Below, in pieces: positions 29,280-37,063 of a stretch of 42,202 nucleotides of DNA. The DNA is from a virus. Its lineage: Duplodnaviria > Caudoviricetes. Every line of letters begins with the position of its first letter. The first letter of the stretch is position 1. The DNA lies in IMG/VR virus record IMGVR_UViG_3300023256_000008, positions 1 to 42,202 of that record; one strand, 5' to 3'. Under the pieces are notes generated by a model that searched no databases, had not been told where the DNA came from, and saw only the letters and a program-made list of their open reading frames with translations. The position numbers and the translations under genes are program-made.

Positions 29280-29870
29280 TTATAACATTCTTTTTTTTAT
29301 TTTATCAATCATTGTTTTTAATTGTTGGGCGGTAATATAACATGCTCTTTGTCCCATAATATTTGTTGCTGATTTAATTTCATTAGTATTGTTTTTATTT
29401 TCAAATATATATGGCCTACCTTTAACTTTAGTCAAAAATTCTCCAGATTTGCCGAATATAGCATTTTTGAATTTTCTTACTTTATGGTATCCAGGAAATT
29501 CAGCATTGTTTGTTCCAATTAATTCACTTTTTTCTCCGCCCTTATATACAAATAAAACACTATCTTGCTCAAATTCTTCGCCTAACTTAACTAGATGTTT
29601 TCTTAATTTTCCACCATCTTTTAAATCTACAACAAAATAAGTTTTTTCGCCAACTTCTTTCGCTTTTGATGTACCATAATCTTCTATATATCCGCCTATA
29701 ACAGAAGTTATTCCATAACCCATTGATTGTAATAATGCTCTTAATCTTTTGTTATTTATTAAATTTATTTTTTTTATATTATTGCCTCTAAATGCTGTAA
29801 TATATCCGGTATCATGAGCAAGCGAATGATCTCGCACTCTATTTAATGACTTCTCATTTAATTTTTTCAT
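29280..29870 (-). CDS. Phage hypothetical protein
   Basis: 196 aa, AGGAG RBS, GYITAFRG, FEQDSVL. Confidence 0.75.
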   Translation of the reverse strand: MKKLNEKSLNRVRDHSLAHDTGYITAFRGNNIKKINLINNKRLRALLQSMGYGITSVIGGYIEDYGTSKAKEVGEKTYFVVDLKDGGKLRKHLVKLGEEFEQDSVLFVYKGGEKSELIGTNNAEFPGYHKVRKFKNAIFGKSGEFLTKVKGRPYIFENKNNTNEIKSATNIMGQRACYITAQQLKTMIDKIKKRML

Positions 29871-30010
29871 AATGTACTCCTTAATTTATATTAGTATATA
29901 TAAAGAAATTTATTCAAATTCTATTTTAAGTATAAGTATATTTTCTTTATCTAATTTTTCAAATAATTCTTTATCAACTATAATATACCCATTGATCGTA
30001 TCCTAAAAAA

Positions 30011-30098
30011 TGGTGCAGATGGTGGGACTTGAACCCACAACTCAAAACCGCTGTTAAACGGGTACTCTCCCAATTTTAGTATTACGAGATACATCTGC
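30011..30098 (-). tRNA. Atypical tRNA, anticodon undetermined
   Basis: Good acceptor, T-arm and CCA; enlarged D-arm; irregular loop TTTAACAG. Confidence 0.55.
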
Positions 30099-30105
30099 AT
30101 ATTTT

Positions 30106-30181
30106 TGGCGCCCAATATTGGAATTGAACCAATGACCCCATCCTTGCCAAGGATGCCATCTTCCATCTGAACTAAGAGGGC
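30106..30181 (-). tRNA. tRNA with GGC anticodon on a Thr-like body (possibly pseudo)
   Basis: CATCC-TTGGCAA-GGATG; acceptor has two mismatches and no G3.U70. Confidence 0.6.
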
Positions 30182-30188
30182 ATGTCGT

Positions 30189-30635
30189 TTAATCTATTTG
30201 TTTGAATATTGCAAATTCATGTTTCTTCTTTCCTATTCTTGTAAAGTGAGAAAGCCCTTCTGGTATATCTTTGCCTGATTTATTCCAATTTTTTCTTGCT
30301 TGACTTCTTGATTTAAATATTCCAAAATCTACAAGAATACTGAACACGTCAGTTTCTTTGGGAATCAAAGTCCATTCGTCTGAACCGAAAAGTCTTTCTA
30401 AAAATTTATTGTCAAGATTGTCTGACTCAACGACAAGATTTCTATTAATTCTTTCAGAAAAGAAATTGCCTTTAAATAAATGTGAATCATCAAAAACTTC
30501 ATTTAGTTCAAGAATATGTATATCGTCACCGTATGTTCCTTTAAGAATTGCGGTAACATATTCAATATCAATTCCTCGTTGTTCAAGTTTGAAAATTGTA
30601 TTACCTTTAATAAATCTTACTTTAAACTCTTTAAT
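30189..30635 (-). CDS. Protein with C-terminal S4-like segment; apparent ATT start; not in ORF track
   Basis: 148 open codons after AAGGAG-N7-ATT; ILVDFGIFKSRSQARKN...RIGKKK. Confidence 0.65.
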   Translation of the reverse strand: MKEFKVRFIKGNTIFKLEQRGIDIEYVTAILKGTYGDDIHILELNEVFDDSHLFKGNFFSERINRNLVVESDNLDNKFLERLFGSDEWTLIPKETDVFSILVDFGIFKSRSQARKNWNKSGKDIPEGLSHFTRIGKKKHEFAIFKQID

Positions 30636-30771
30636 TTTATTTCTCCTTATTTTTTCTCACTTACTTTACTATAGTATTCTTTCAGGGAATTTTGTCAAGT
30701 TTATTCTAATAAAAACTGACGTTCTTTGCTTCTTCGTTAAGCTTTAATTCTCTTAGCTACAGATACAGAAA

Positions 30772-31077
30772 ATAGATGGCGGGGATTTGACGAGATGAAG
30801 CCGTAACTCTATCCGTACTAAGAACAGTAACTTTGTCTCGATACTCGTATAGTCACCCCGCATGGTTATCGTTTGTAGCTTTCCTTTGTATTCTGCCACA
30901 CTCATTAAATACAAACTTGGTTAAGTCGCCATTCCTGTTTGACTTTAACTACTACCTCGTTTCATATGTGGTTGATAATTCTGGCTATTAAGTATTGTCA
31001 CAAATACTCCAAAATGTCTCACAGTCAAGATTGATAAACCTCACCGATTTAGCGTTTACCTATTCCGCCACATCTAT
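30772..31077 (-). ncRNA. 306-nt expanded tRNA-like RNA
   Basis: ATAGATG/CATCTAT acceptor, Leu-type D-arm, GCGGGG/CCCCGC T-stem, large helical insertions. Confidence 0.55.
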
Positions 31078-31087
31078 TAAAAAAGTC

Positions 31088-31149
31088 GGAACACATTTTT
31101 TCTTAATTGGAAGTTAAGTTTCTTTTTTTTATTTGCTGGATGTGTTCCT
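31088..31149 (-). ncRNA. CAGCAAA-family small RNA
   Basis: GGAACACAT/ATGTGTTCC stem, CAGCAAA, apical CTTAA-CTTCCAA-TTAAG. Confidence 0.5.
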
Positions 31150-31279
31150 ATATAATTTGTTACTAATCATATCTCGTTAGTTACGAAATAGATGATTAAC
31201 TACTTATGAATGTTAGTAAATACCAACATTAAGTATCATTTTTGCAGTTAATGTTAGCAAATACACACATTGATTTTTG

Positions 31280-31363
31280 TGGCGGAGGGGCAGGGGCTCG
31301 AACCCTGAAACCCGCAGGCGCATGGTTAGCAACCATGTTGTTTACCAATTAACATACCTCTCC
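31280..31363 (-). tRNA. tRNA-Ser(GCT)
   Basis: Cloverleaf with variable arm, GCCA. Confidence 0.85.
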
Positions 31364-31454
31364 TAATTTCATTAATTATATTTAATCACTAATCCTAATA
31401 CTATTAAATCTTTCTTTTCTGAAATAACAATTTTTTTATTGGGATTGCATTCAA

Positions 31455-31733
31455 TTACTTTTTTCCTTTTTCGTCAAAATATGCAATACACTTTCCAGTC
31501 TTTCGACCATATTTTAATACAATGTATAAGTTATCATCTTTGAATCTAAAATCGCCACGCAAAGTATTAACCAATAAGTCTTTGTCTATAGTATTTCTTA
31601 TTGTTTCTGTTAATGTGTCGATTCTCATTCTTTCATCTCTTTTTGTGTTCTCTGTAAGCTTCAATCTTGCTTCGTTAGTAGTTAAGGTTAACTTGTTAGT
31701 GGAACCCTTTGTCTCAATTACTCTTATTTTCAT
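31455..31733 (-). CDS. Hypothetical protein
   Basis: GAGGGG RBS, promoter upstream. Confidence 0.65.
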   Translation of the reverse strand: MKIRVIETKGSTNKLTLTTNEARLKLTENTKRDERMRIDTLTETIRNTIDKDLLVNTLRGDFRFKDDNLYIVLKYGRKTGKCIAYFDEKGKK

Positions 31734-31882
31734 TATTTTCCCCTCTTCTTATTATGAATATAATATAATTATGTATGGAATAATGTCAATTAATTTTTTA
31801 ATTTTTATTCAAATCATCTTTAATCCGTATAGCTCATAAGATGATTTTGTTTTTCTAATTGGCATTATTTCATTTGATGCCC

Positions 31883-32266
31883 CTAAACTTTCTTGTAATT
31901 TGTATAATTTTTTTCTTCAATAAGTTCGGAGCCAAATTTCAAATTAATCTTTCTTTTAATATCACTTCTCGTATCATTCTTCCAATAAACGCTTCTGGCA
32001 AGTTCAATGAATTTTTCATCAAATTCTTTGTTAAATTCTTTTATACGAATTTCATCTTCAATATGCCATAATTTTGAATTTACATTTCTTAATTCATTAT
32101 ATTCATCTGAAGTACTTAAAATGCCAACTTCGTTAATTGCATCTTTCAAAAGTTGATATTCTTTTTTAATGTTCTTTAGTTTTCCACTATCGGTAACCTT
32201 TTCTAATTTGATTTCGAGAATAGTTACTTTGTCAACTGCTTCGCCAATTGATATTTCGACTTTCAT
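31883..32266 (-). CDS. DUF6165-like protein
   Basis: ISIGEAVDKVTILEIK...LWHIEDEIR...LARSVY..ND.R..IK. Confidence 0.75.
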   Translation of the reverse strand: MKVEISIGEAVDKVTILEIKLEKVTDSGKLKNIKKEYQLLKDAINEVGILSTSDEYNELRNVNSKLWHIEDEIRIKEFNKEFDEKFIELARSVYWKNDTRSDIKRKINLKFGSELIEEKNYTNYKKV

Positions 32267-32276
32267 TTTTTCTCCA

Positions 32277-32678
32277 TTATTGCTCTTTAATTAATTGAGT
32301 TGCCTTTACTTTGGTGATAAGATTTCCATATATAGAACTGCTTAAATCTTTTGATATATTTTTCAATACTTCTCTGCGTAATTTTCTGCCATAATTAATC
32401 TGTGTATATTTGTATTGGTTACGATATGCTTCCAACTCTTGGCTTAATCTAAATTCAGGTTCATTAAAATATCTATCCCACCATATATCTTTGCCCATTT
32501 TCTCCTGTTGCCTTTGATGTGTTTCTTCATGTTTCATTAAATCATGTGAAATTGAATGGGCATTTGGTGCATATAATATATCTCCATAAGTAAATATAAC
32601 GCCTTGCTTATTAGCAACTGTTGGAAAGTGTTTTATTATCTCCAAATAATTAGGCGGCCTCTTATGTTCTATTTTCAT
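32277..32678 (-). CDS. HExxH-motif protein
   Basis: HEETH..QQ...ELEAY. Confidence 0.65.
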   Translation of the reverse strand: MKIEHKRPPNYLEIIKHFPTVANKQGVIFTYGDILYAPNAHSISHDLMKHEETHQRQQEKMGKDIWWDRYFNEPEFRLSQELEAYRNQYKYTQINYGRKLRREVLKNISKDLSSSIYGNLITKVKATQLIKEQ

Positions 32679-32879
32679 CTAATTTTCCGTATAGAATAAT
32701 GAATATAAAGTCCATAATTCATTTAATAAAAAATGCTTTATGTTTCTAATTTCAATAAGCCTGTCATAAACTTTCTGCTCTTCATTCTTTTCAACTGAAA
32801 TATAATAATCTAATTGAGACTCTTCAATTGATAATTTTTTAATTCGTTTGAGTAATTTTAATGCTTTAAAAATTTTCAT
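32679..32879 (-). CDS. Hypothetical protein
   Basis: AGGAG RBS. Confidence 0.6.
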   Translation of the reverse strand: MKIFKALKLLKRIKKLSIEESQLDYYISVEKNEEQKVYDRLIEIRNIKHFLLNELWTLYSLFYTEN

Positions 32880-32894
32880 AATTTCTCCTTAAAA

Positions 32895-32984
32895 TGGCAG
32901 AGAGTCTGAGATTCGAACTCAGGGAGGGCTTGCGCCCTCAATGGTTTTCAAGACCATCGCATTCAACCACTCTGCCAACTCTCT
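32895..32984 (-). tRNA. tRNA-Ser(TGA)
   Basis: Loop CTTGAAA, long variable arm. Confidence 0.9.
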
Positions 32985-33150
32985 AAAAATGTCCCAATAC
33001 AAATCACCTACAAACAAGGTCGACCTTCGTAAGTATATGTTTTGTATACCGATTGGGGCGGATTGCAAACGTTCCCTAAACATTACAGGCTGTCACCTGT
33101 AGATATATATATATGTATAAATTATGATAAAACAATATTTTTCTAAAAAA

Positions 33151-33228
33151 TGGTGGACCTGGCGAGGCATGATCTCGCAATTATTCTTCCGTGCAAGGGA
33201 AGTGCCATCCCAATTAGGCGACAGGCCC
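33151..33228 (-). tRNA. tRNA-Ala(TGC)
   Basis: G3.U70; atypical T-loop ATCATGC. Confidence 0.8.
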
Positions 33229-33251
33229 GTATATATTTATTACTTTAAATT

Positions 33252-33329
33252 TGGCAGGCACGGAGGTATTCGAAACCCCGACACGAGGTTTTGGAGACCC
33301 CTGCTCTAACCGGACTGAGCTACGCACCT
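33252..33329 (-). tRNA. tRNA-Trp(CCA)
   Basis: Loop CTCCAAA, G73. Confidence 0.9.
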
Positions 33330-33397
33330 ATAATATTATACCCGATAAGGTATAATTTTGCTGAATTGTTTCTATATTATACCCGATAAGGTATATT

Positions 33398-33485
33398 AGT
33401 CAACCTATGTATTGACAATTCATAGTAAAAAGTCAACCTATGTATTGACAATTCATAGTAAAAAGTCAACCTATGTATTGACAAT
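33398..33485. repeat. 33-bp tandem repeat, about 2.7 copies
   Basis: agtcaacctatgtattgacaattcatagtaaaa. Confidence 0.9.
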
Positions 33486-33490
33486 AAAAA

Positions 33491-33565
33491 TGGTGGAGAG
33501 TATAGGTTTCGATCCTATTCCTTTGGTACTTCACACCAAAATGCCACCGGTTACACCAACTCTCC
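33491..33565 (-). tRNA. tRNA-Phe(GAA), atypical
   Basis: TTGGT-GTGAAGT-ACCAA; T-loop ATCGAAA. Confidence 0.7.
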
Positions 33566-33738
33566 ATAAAAGAAACATAAATATCAATGCTGTATGCTCT
33601 TGCTAATTTAATCAATACATCTGTCAATGTAGTCACGAATCCAAATAACAATTACCCACTCGTCGTAAGGCGTTTGACCAGAGTTAGCTGACAGGCAAGG
33701 ATTCTCGCTCACATATATGCATCTTTACTTATTAAACT

Positions 33739-33862
33739 ATTTGTTGGTAGGAGTCGAACCTACAATTAATTACTGGAGTCGAACCAGATTTGGATATTAT
33801 CCCTATGTCCCACATAGCTCTCCGTATTAGGAAGAGGCGTTTACCACTTTCACCACAACAAA
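33739..33862 (-). ncRNA. tRNA-like RNA with two T-arms, AAT anticodon position, no CCA
   Basis: TTTGTTG/CAACAAA; two GGTTCGACTCC arms; two extra hairpins. Confidence 0.6.
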
Positions 33863-33874
33863 TATTTAAAAATT

Positions 33875-33951
33875 TGGTCGGGCCGGCAAGGTTCGAACTT
33901 GCAATAACCAGAATCAAAACCTGGTGTCTTAGCCATTTAGACGACGGCCCA
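33875..33951 (-). tRNA. tRNA-Gln(TTG)
   Basis: Loop TTTTGAT. Confidence 0.85.
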
Positions 33952-33963
33952 TTAATAATATAT

Positions 33964-34039
33964 TGATGCAAGTGACAGAAATTAAACCTACATTGACGGA
34001 TTAAGAGTCCGTTGTAAAATCAATGTTTGCTACACCTGC
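33964..34039 (-). tRNA. tRNA-Lys(CTT), degenerate
   Basis: ACGGA-CTCTTAA-TCCGT; poor D and T arms, ends TCA. Confidence 0.6.
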
Positions 34040-34047
34040 GTAAAATT

Positions 34048-34125
34048 TGAGGTATGCGATGGAAGTCGAATCCACATCTACAGGGGTCACGATCCTGTGC
34101 TTTATTTATTTAAGTTACGCATACC
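34048..34125 (-). tRNA. tRNA-His(GTG), degenerate
   Basis: G-1/C73, C33, ends TCA. Confidence 0.65.
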
Positions 34126-34373
34126 ATATAAGATTCGTTTCTTCTGCCATTACATTCTACTGACAGAGCATTAGAATCATTTTAATTTGCAACAGTAAGT
34201 ACAATATATTGTACTTACAAGAGAAAGTTATGTTGAAATTTATCGCTTTCTTTAACATAACTATTGTCTCATGTTGAAGAAATACGTTTTTTTTAACATA
34301 AAAATTTGAACTATTGGTCAGCATTACCTGTTTCTATTTAGTACCACGTAGAGGTTGTTCAATTTACTAAATG

Positions 34374-34448
34374 TAGCCATCCTGAGACTCGAACTCAGAC
34401 TGTACAGCGTTTGAAACTGCTTCCTCTTCCAGATTGGGATAGATGGCC
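34374..34448 (-). tRNA. tRNA-Leu(CAA) with short variable loop
   Basis: GCAGT-TTCAAAC-GCTGT. Confidence 0.7.
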
Positions 34449-34512
34449 TTATATAACAAAATCAGGATACATTTTTTGCTTGCTTTACTACTTAAGCTAT
34501 CTCCCAATAAAA

Positions 34513-34591
34513 TGGTACAGACGAAGGGACTCGAACCCTCATATGACGCAGGATATGATTCTGCCGCTTCATCCAATTGAGCCACGTCTGC
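34513..34591 (-). tRNA. tRNA(CAT), Met or Ile2
   Basis: Loop ATCATAT. Confidence 0.75.
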
Positions 34592-34599
34592 ATAAAATT

Positions 34600-34675
34600 T
34601 GGCACCCCTGGAGAGATTCGAACTCCCGACTTAAAATTCGTAGTTTTATATGATATCCAATTTCACCACAGGGGC
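34600..34675 (-). tRNA. tRNA-Arg(ACG)
   Basis: Loop CTACGAA. Confidence 0.9.
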
Positions 34676-34681
34676 ATAAAT

Positions 34682-34760
34682 GATTTAAGTAGTAAAAGTG
34701 GAATCGAACCACCATTTGTCTAAAAGGCCTTGCTCAACCGCATCCTATACTAATTAAATC
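34682..34760 (-). ncRNA. Small T-arm-containing RNA
   Basis: GATTTAA/TTAAATC closing stem, GTGG-TTCGATT-CCAC. Confidence 0.4.
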
Positions 34761-34765
34761 TAAAA

Positions 34766-34842
34766 TGGAATCGGTGCCGAGACTCGAACTCGGAATTTGT
34801 AGGGTTGCAATCTACCGCCTTAGCCAATTTAGCTACACCGAC
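34766..34842 (-). tRNA. tRNA-Cys(GCA)
   Basis: Loop TTGCAAC, U73. Confidence 0.9.
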
Positions 34843-34850
34843 ATAAAATT

Positions 34851-34935
34851 TGGTACTCCTGGAGAGACTCGAACTCTCACGACCTTTCGGCCACCTGCTT
34901 CTAAGGCAGGCGTGTATTCATTCCACCACAGGAGC
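34851..34935 (-). tRNA. tRNA-Leu(TAG)
   Basis: Loop CTTAGAA, variable arm. Confidence 0.9.
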
Positions 34936-34946
34936 ATATAAAAAAA

Positions 34947-35035
34947 TGGTAGGCAAGGTGGGAGCCGAACCCACAACAGGCTTTCGCCACACTGGATTTT
35001 AAGTCCAGCCGATAATCCAATTCTCGTACTTGCCC
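34947..35035 (-). tRNA. tRNA-Leu(TAA)
   Basis: Loop CTTAAAA, variable arm. Confidence 0.85.
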
Positions 35036-35077
35036 ATTTATTTTACCGTTACATATAATTATTTTAAATTAAAAAAT

Positions 35078-35173
35078 ATGTAAAAGATAGGATTTGAACC
35101 TATAAAATAGAACTACTAATTCTATCTGACCCCCCTTCGGGGCTTTAGATTGCCACTTTCTTCACTTTTACAT
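35078..35173 (-). ncRNA. tRNA-like RNA without a normal anticodon arm or CCA
   Basis: ATGTAAAAG/CTTTTACAT; ATAGG-TTCAAAT-CCTAT. Confidence 0.5.
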
Positions 35174-35182
35174 ATTAAAATT

Positions 35183-35234
35183 TGGTATCCTACGGCCGAG
35201 AACCGTAAATCCTTACCATTTAGACGATGAGAAC
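35183..35234 (-). pseudogene. tRNA-Glu(CTC) remnant lacking the T-arm
   Basis: D-arm and TACGG-TTCTCGG-CCGTA followed directly by GGATACCA. Confidence 0.6.
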
Positions 35235-35242
35235 ATAAAGCT

Positions 35243-35328
35243 TGGTACGCCCGACGGGGTTCGAACCCGCTTCCCCATAATGGGACCAGAGTGAAAGTCT
35301 GGTGACCTGCCAATTAGTCATCAGGCGC
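35243..35328 (-). tRNA. tRNA-Glu(TTC) with long variable arm
   Basis: Loop CTTTCAC; variable arm TCCCATTATGGGGA. Confidence 0.8.
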
Positions 35329-35334
35329 ATAAAA

Positions 35335-35410
35335 TGGTATCCCTACAAGGATTCGAACCTTGACTATAAGTTTAGGAAACTCAAGTGCTTATCCATTACA
35401 CTATAGGGAC
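35335..35410 (-). tRNA. tRNA-Arg(CCT)
   Basis: Loop TTCCTAA. Confidence 0.9.
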
Positions 35411-35416
35411 ACAAAA

Positions 35417-35493
35417 TGGGGTATGAAACGGAAATCGAATCCGCATCTACAGGAGCCACAATCCTGTGCTTTTCCAATTAAGCTATTCACACC
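35417..35493 (-). tRNA. tRNA-His(GTG)
   Basis: G-1/C73, loop TTGTGGC. Confidence 0.9.
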
Positions 35494-35500
35494 ATAAAAT

Positions 35501-35578
35501 TGGTGCAGGCGGCGGGAATCGAACCCACATTTCCCGCTTAAAAGGCGGATGCCAAGACCAGTAATTTGCTACGCCTGC
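35501..35578 (-). tRNA. tRNA-Lys(TTT)
   Basis: Loop CTTTTAA. Confidence 0.85.
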
Positions 35579-35586
35579 TTGAAAAA

Positions 35587-35663
35587 TGGTACGGGCGGTT
35601 GGGCTTGAACCAACATTTCCTCGCTTATAAGACGAGTTCCTTCACCGAGTCGGACACACCCGC
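35587..35663 (-). tRNA. tRNA-Ile(TAT)
   Basis: Loop CTTATAA. Confidence 0.85.
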
Positions 35664-35676
35664 ATAATTGAAAGTT

Positions 35677-35753
35677 TGGTACGCCAGGGTGGAATCGAAC
35701 CACCAATCTTCCGGATATCAGCCGAACGCTCTAACCGACTAAGCCACTGGCGC
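35677..35753 (-). tRNA. tRNA-Ile(GAT)
   Basis: Loop CTGATAT. Confidence 0.9.
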
Positions 35754-35761
35754 ATATAATT

Positions 35762-35848
35762 TGGTAGGAGTAGAAGGATTCGAACCTACTTAGCCAACAG
35801 GCGTCCGGCCTACAACCGGGTGGAGTTCACCGTCACTCCAGTACTCCC
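35762..35848 (-). tRNA. tRNA-Tyr(GTA)
   Basis: Loop TTGTAGG, variable arm. Confidence 0.8.
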
Positions 35849-35856
35849 AAAAAAAA

Positions 35857-35932
35857 TGGTGCTCTTGGAGAGACTCGAACTCCCAACGACCTACTTACAA
35901 GGCAGGGCTTCTTCCAATTGAATTACAAGAGC
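35857..35932 (-). tRNA. tRNA-Thr(TGT)
   Basis: Loop CTTGTAA. Confidence 0.9.
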
Positions 35933-35937
35933 AAAAA

Positions 35938-36068
35938 CAGGATAATATTTTTTATTCCAACGTGTCTACCAATTTCACCATTACTAACTATCAATTAGTA
36001 AGTAGGACTCGAACCTACACGACATTACATCATCAGATTTTAATTTTTGGTTTGCTGTTATTATCCTT
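35938..36068 (-). ncRNA. YrlA-like RNA (circularly permuted tRNA on a CAGCAAA stem)
   Basis: AGGATAATA/TATTATCCT; order T-arm, loop-closed acceptor TTACTAA/TTAGTAA, D-arm. Confidence 0.65.
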
Positions 36069-36078
36069 AATATTAAAA

Positions 36079-36155
36079 TGGCGGGGATAACGGGACTTGA
36101 ACCCGTACTCTCTGCCTTGACAGGGCAGCGACTTGACCAATTCGTCTATATCCCC
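36079..36155 (-). tRNA. tRNA-Asp(GTC)
   Basis: Loop CTGTCAA, G73. Confidence 0.9.
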
Positions 36156-36216
36156 ATGTATTAAATAATCTTTTTTGTTATTTTCTTTTAATTTTTCGTT
36201 CACATCTCTATAAATT

Positions 36217-36301
36217 TGGTGCGAGTGGTAAGATTCGAACTTACTTAGCCTAGGCGTCAGCTTTACAGGCTGGTGCAACTCTCCCACGTTGCCGCACTCG
36301 C
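36217..36301 (-). tRNA. tRNA-Tyr(GTA)
   Basis: Loop CTGTAAA, variable arm. Confidence 0.85.
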
Positions 36302-36340
36302 ATAAAACTTAATCAGCAACATATTACTGATTATAAAAAA

Positions 36341-36416
36341 TGGCTGTCCTGGAGGGGCTTGAACCCACATTTGTCACGTTAACAGCGTGCCGCCTTACCG
36401 AGTTGGCTACAGGACA
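36341..36416 (-). tRNA. tRNA-Asn(GTT)
   Basis: Loop CTGTTAA, G73. Confidence 0.9.
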
Positions 36417-36423
36417 ATAAAAA

Positions 36424-36500
36424 TGGTACCCAGCATCGGACTTGAACCGATACAACCTATCTTGTAAGGATAGTGCTCTCCCAAATTGAGCTAGCTGGGC
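36424..36500 (-). tRNA. tRNA-Val(TAC)
   Basis: Loop CTTACAA. Confidence 0.9.
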
Positions 36501-36512
36501 ATAAATTAATAA

Positions 36513-36591
36513 TGGTGGAGATACTGGGATTTGAACCCAGCTGACGTCCTGATTGCAAAACAGGTGACCACCCCTAGCAGTCCCTATCCCC
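36513..36591 (-). tRNA. tRNA-Ala(TGC)
   Basis: G3.U70, loop TTTGCAA. Confidence 0.85.
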
Positions 36592-36600
36592 GTGTAAAAA

Positions 36601-36677
36601 TGGTACACCCGATGAGACTTGAACTCATAACTTCAGCCTTAAAAGGGCCGTACTCTGCGCAATTGAGTTACGGGTGC
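36601..36677 (-). tRNA. tRNA-Lys(TTT)
   Basis: Loop CTTTTAA. Confidence 0.9.
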
Positions 36678-36700
36678 ATAAAAAATAAAATATATAAAAA

Positions 36701-36776
36701 TGGCACCCCCACAAGGATTCGAACCTTGACTATAAGTTTAGAAAACTTAAGTGCTCGTCCATTACACTATAGGGGC
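36701..36776 (-). tRNA. tRNA-Arg(TCT)
   Basis: Loop TTTCTAA; near-duplicate of Arg(CCT). Confidence 0.9.
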
Positions 36777-36794
36777 ATAAAAAATATAATAATA

Positions 36795-36874
36795 TGGTGG
36801 AGACGGAGGGTATCGAACCCTCGAACTAAACGTTCCATTTGTTGGTTTACGTTCAGTTTCACCTTTTCGCCCCC
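36795..36874 (-). ncRNA. 80-nt RNA resembling the tmRNA tRNA-like domain
   Basis: GGGGGCG/CGTCTCC-ACCA with G3.U70, no D-stem, long helix in place of the anticodon arm, canonical T-arm. Confidence 0.65.
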
Positions 36875-36953
36875 TGGGAACGGATTGCGGAGTTGAACCA
36901 CATTTAATACTGGCTTATGAAACCTGCCGAGATACCGACCTCGTCCATCCGTG
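36875..36953 (-). tRNA. tRNA(CAT), atypical, 1:72 mismatch
   Basis: Loop TTCATAA, CCA. Confidence 0.65.
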
Positions 36954-36969
36954 TCGTAATAATAATAAA

Positions 36970-37044
36970 TGGAGCGGGCTGGGGGTTACAATCCCCCGAC
37001 TAATGGTTGGAAGCCACTTATTTTGTCAATTAAACTAAGCCCGC
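36970..37044 (-). tRNA. tRNA-Gly(TCC)
   Basis: Loop CTTCCAA, U73; atypical T-loop ATTGTAA. Confidence 0.8.
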
Positions 37045-37063
37045 TTAAATTGTTTTTTTATTT

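Noticed and set aside
33252-33329. tRNA-Trp(CCA) as an obvious UGA reader
   Set aside because: It has G24 and a 5-bp anticodon stem, so neither the Hirsh change nor a shortened stem is present.
33398-33485. CRISPR array
   Set aside because: Repeats are head-to-tail with no unique spacers, and no cas genes are present.
34194-34362. Run of AT-rich palindromes as an ncRNA
   Set aside because: Hairpins are real (e.g. gtaagtacaatatattgtacttac) but low in complexity, with no motif to support a call.
34374-34448. UGA-suppressor tRNA (TTTCAAA could place TCA in a loop)
   Set aside because: Standard spacing gives stem GCAGT/GCTGT and anticodon CAA; the TCA register needs a bulged stem. Not supported without experiment.
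29978-36896. ORFs overlapping tRNA genes (e.g. 29978-30166, 34367-34585, 35122-35313, 36033-36287, 36324-36608)
   Set aside because: They run through clear tRNA cloverleaves and are by-products of higher GC content.
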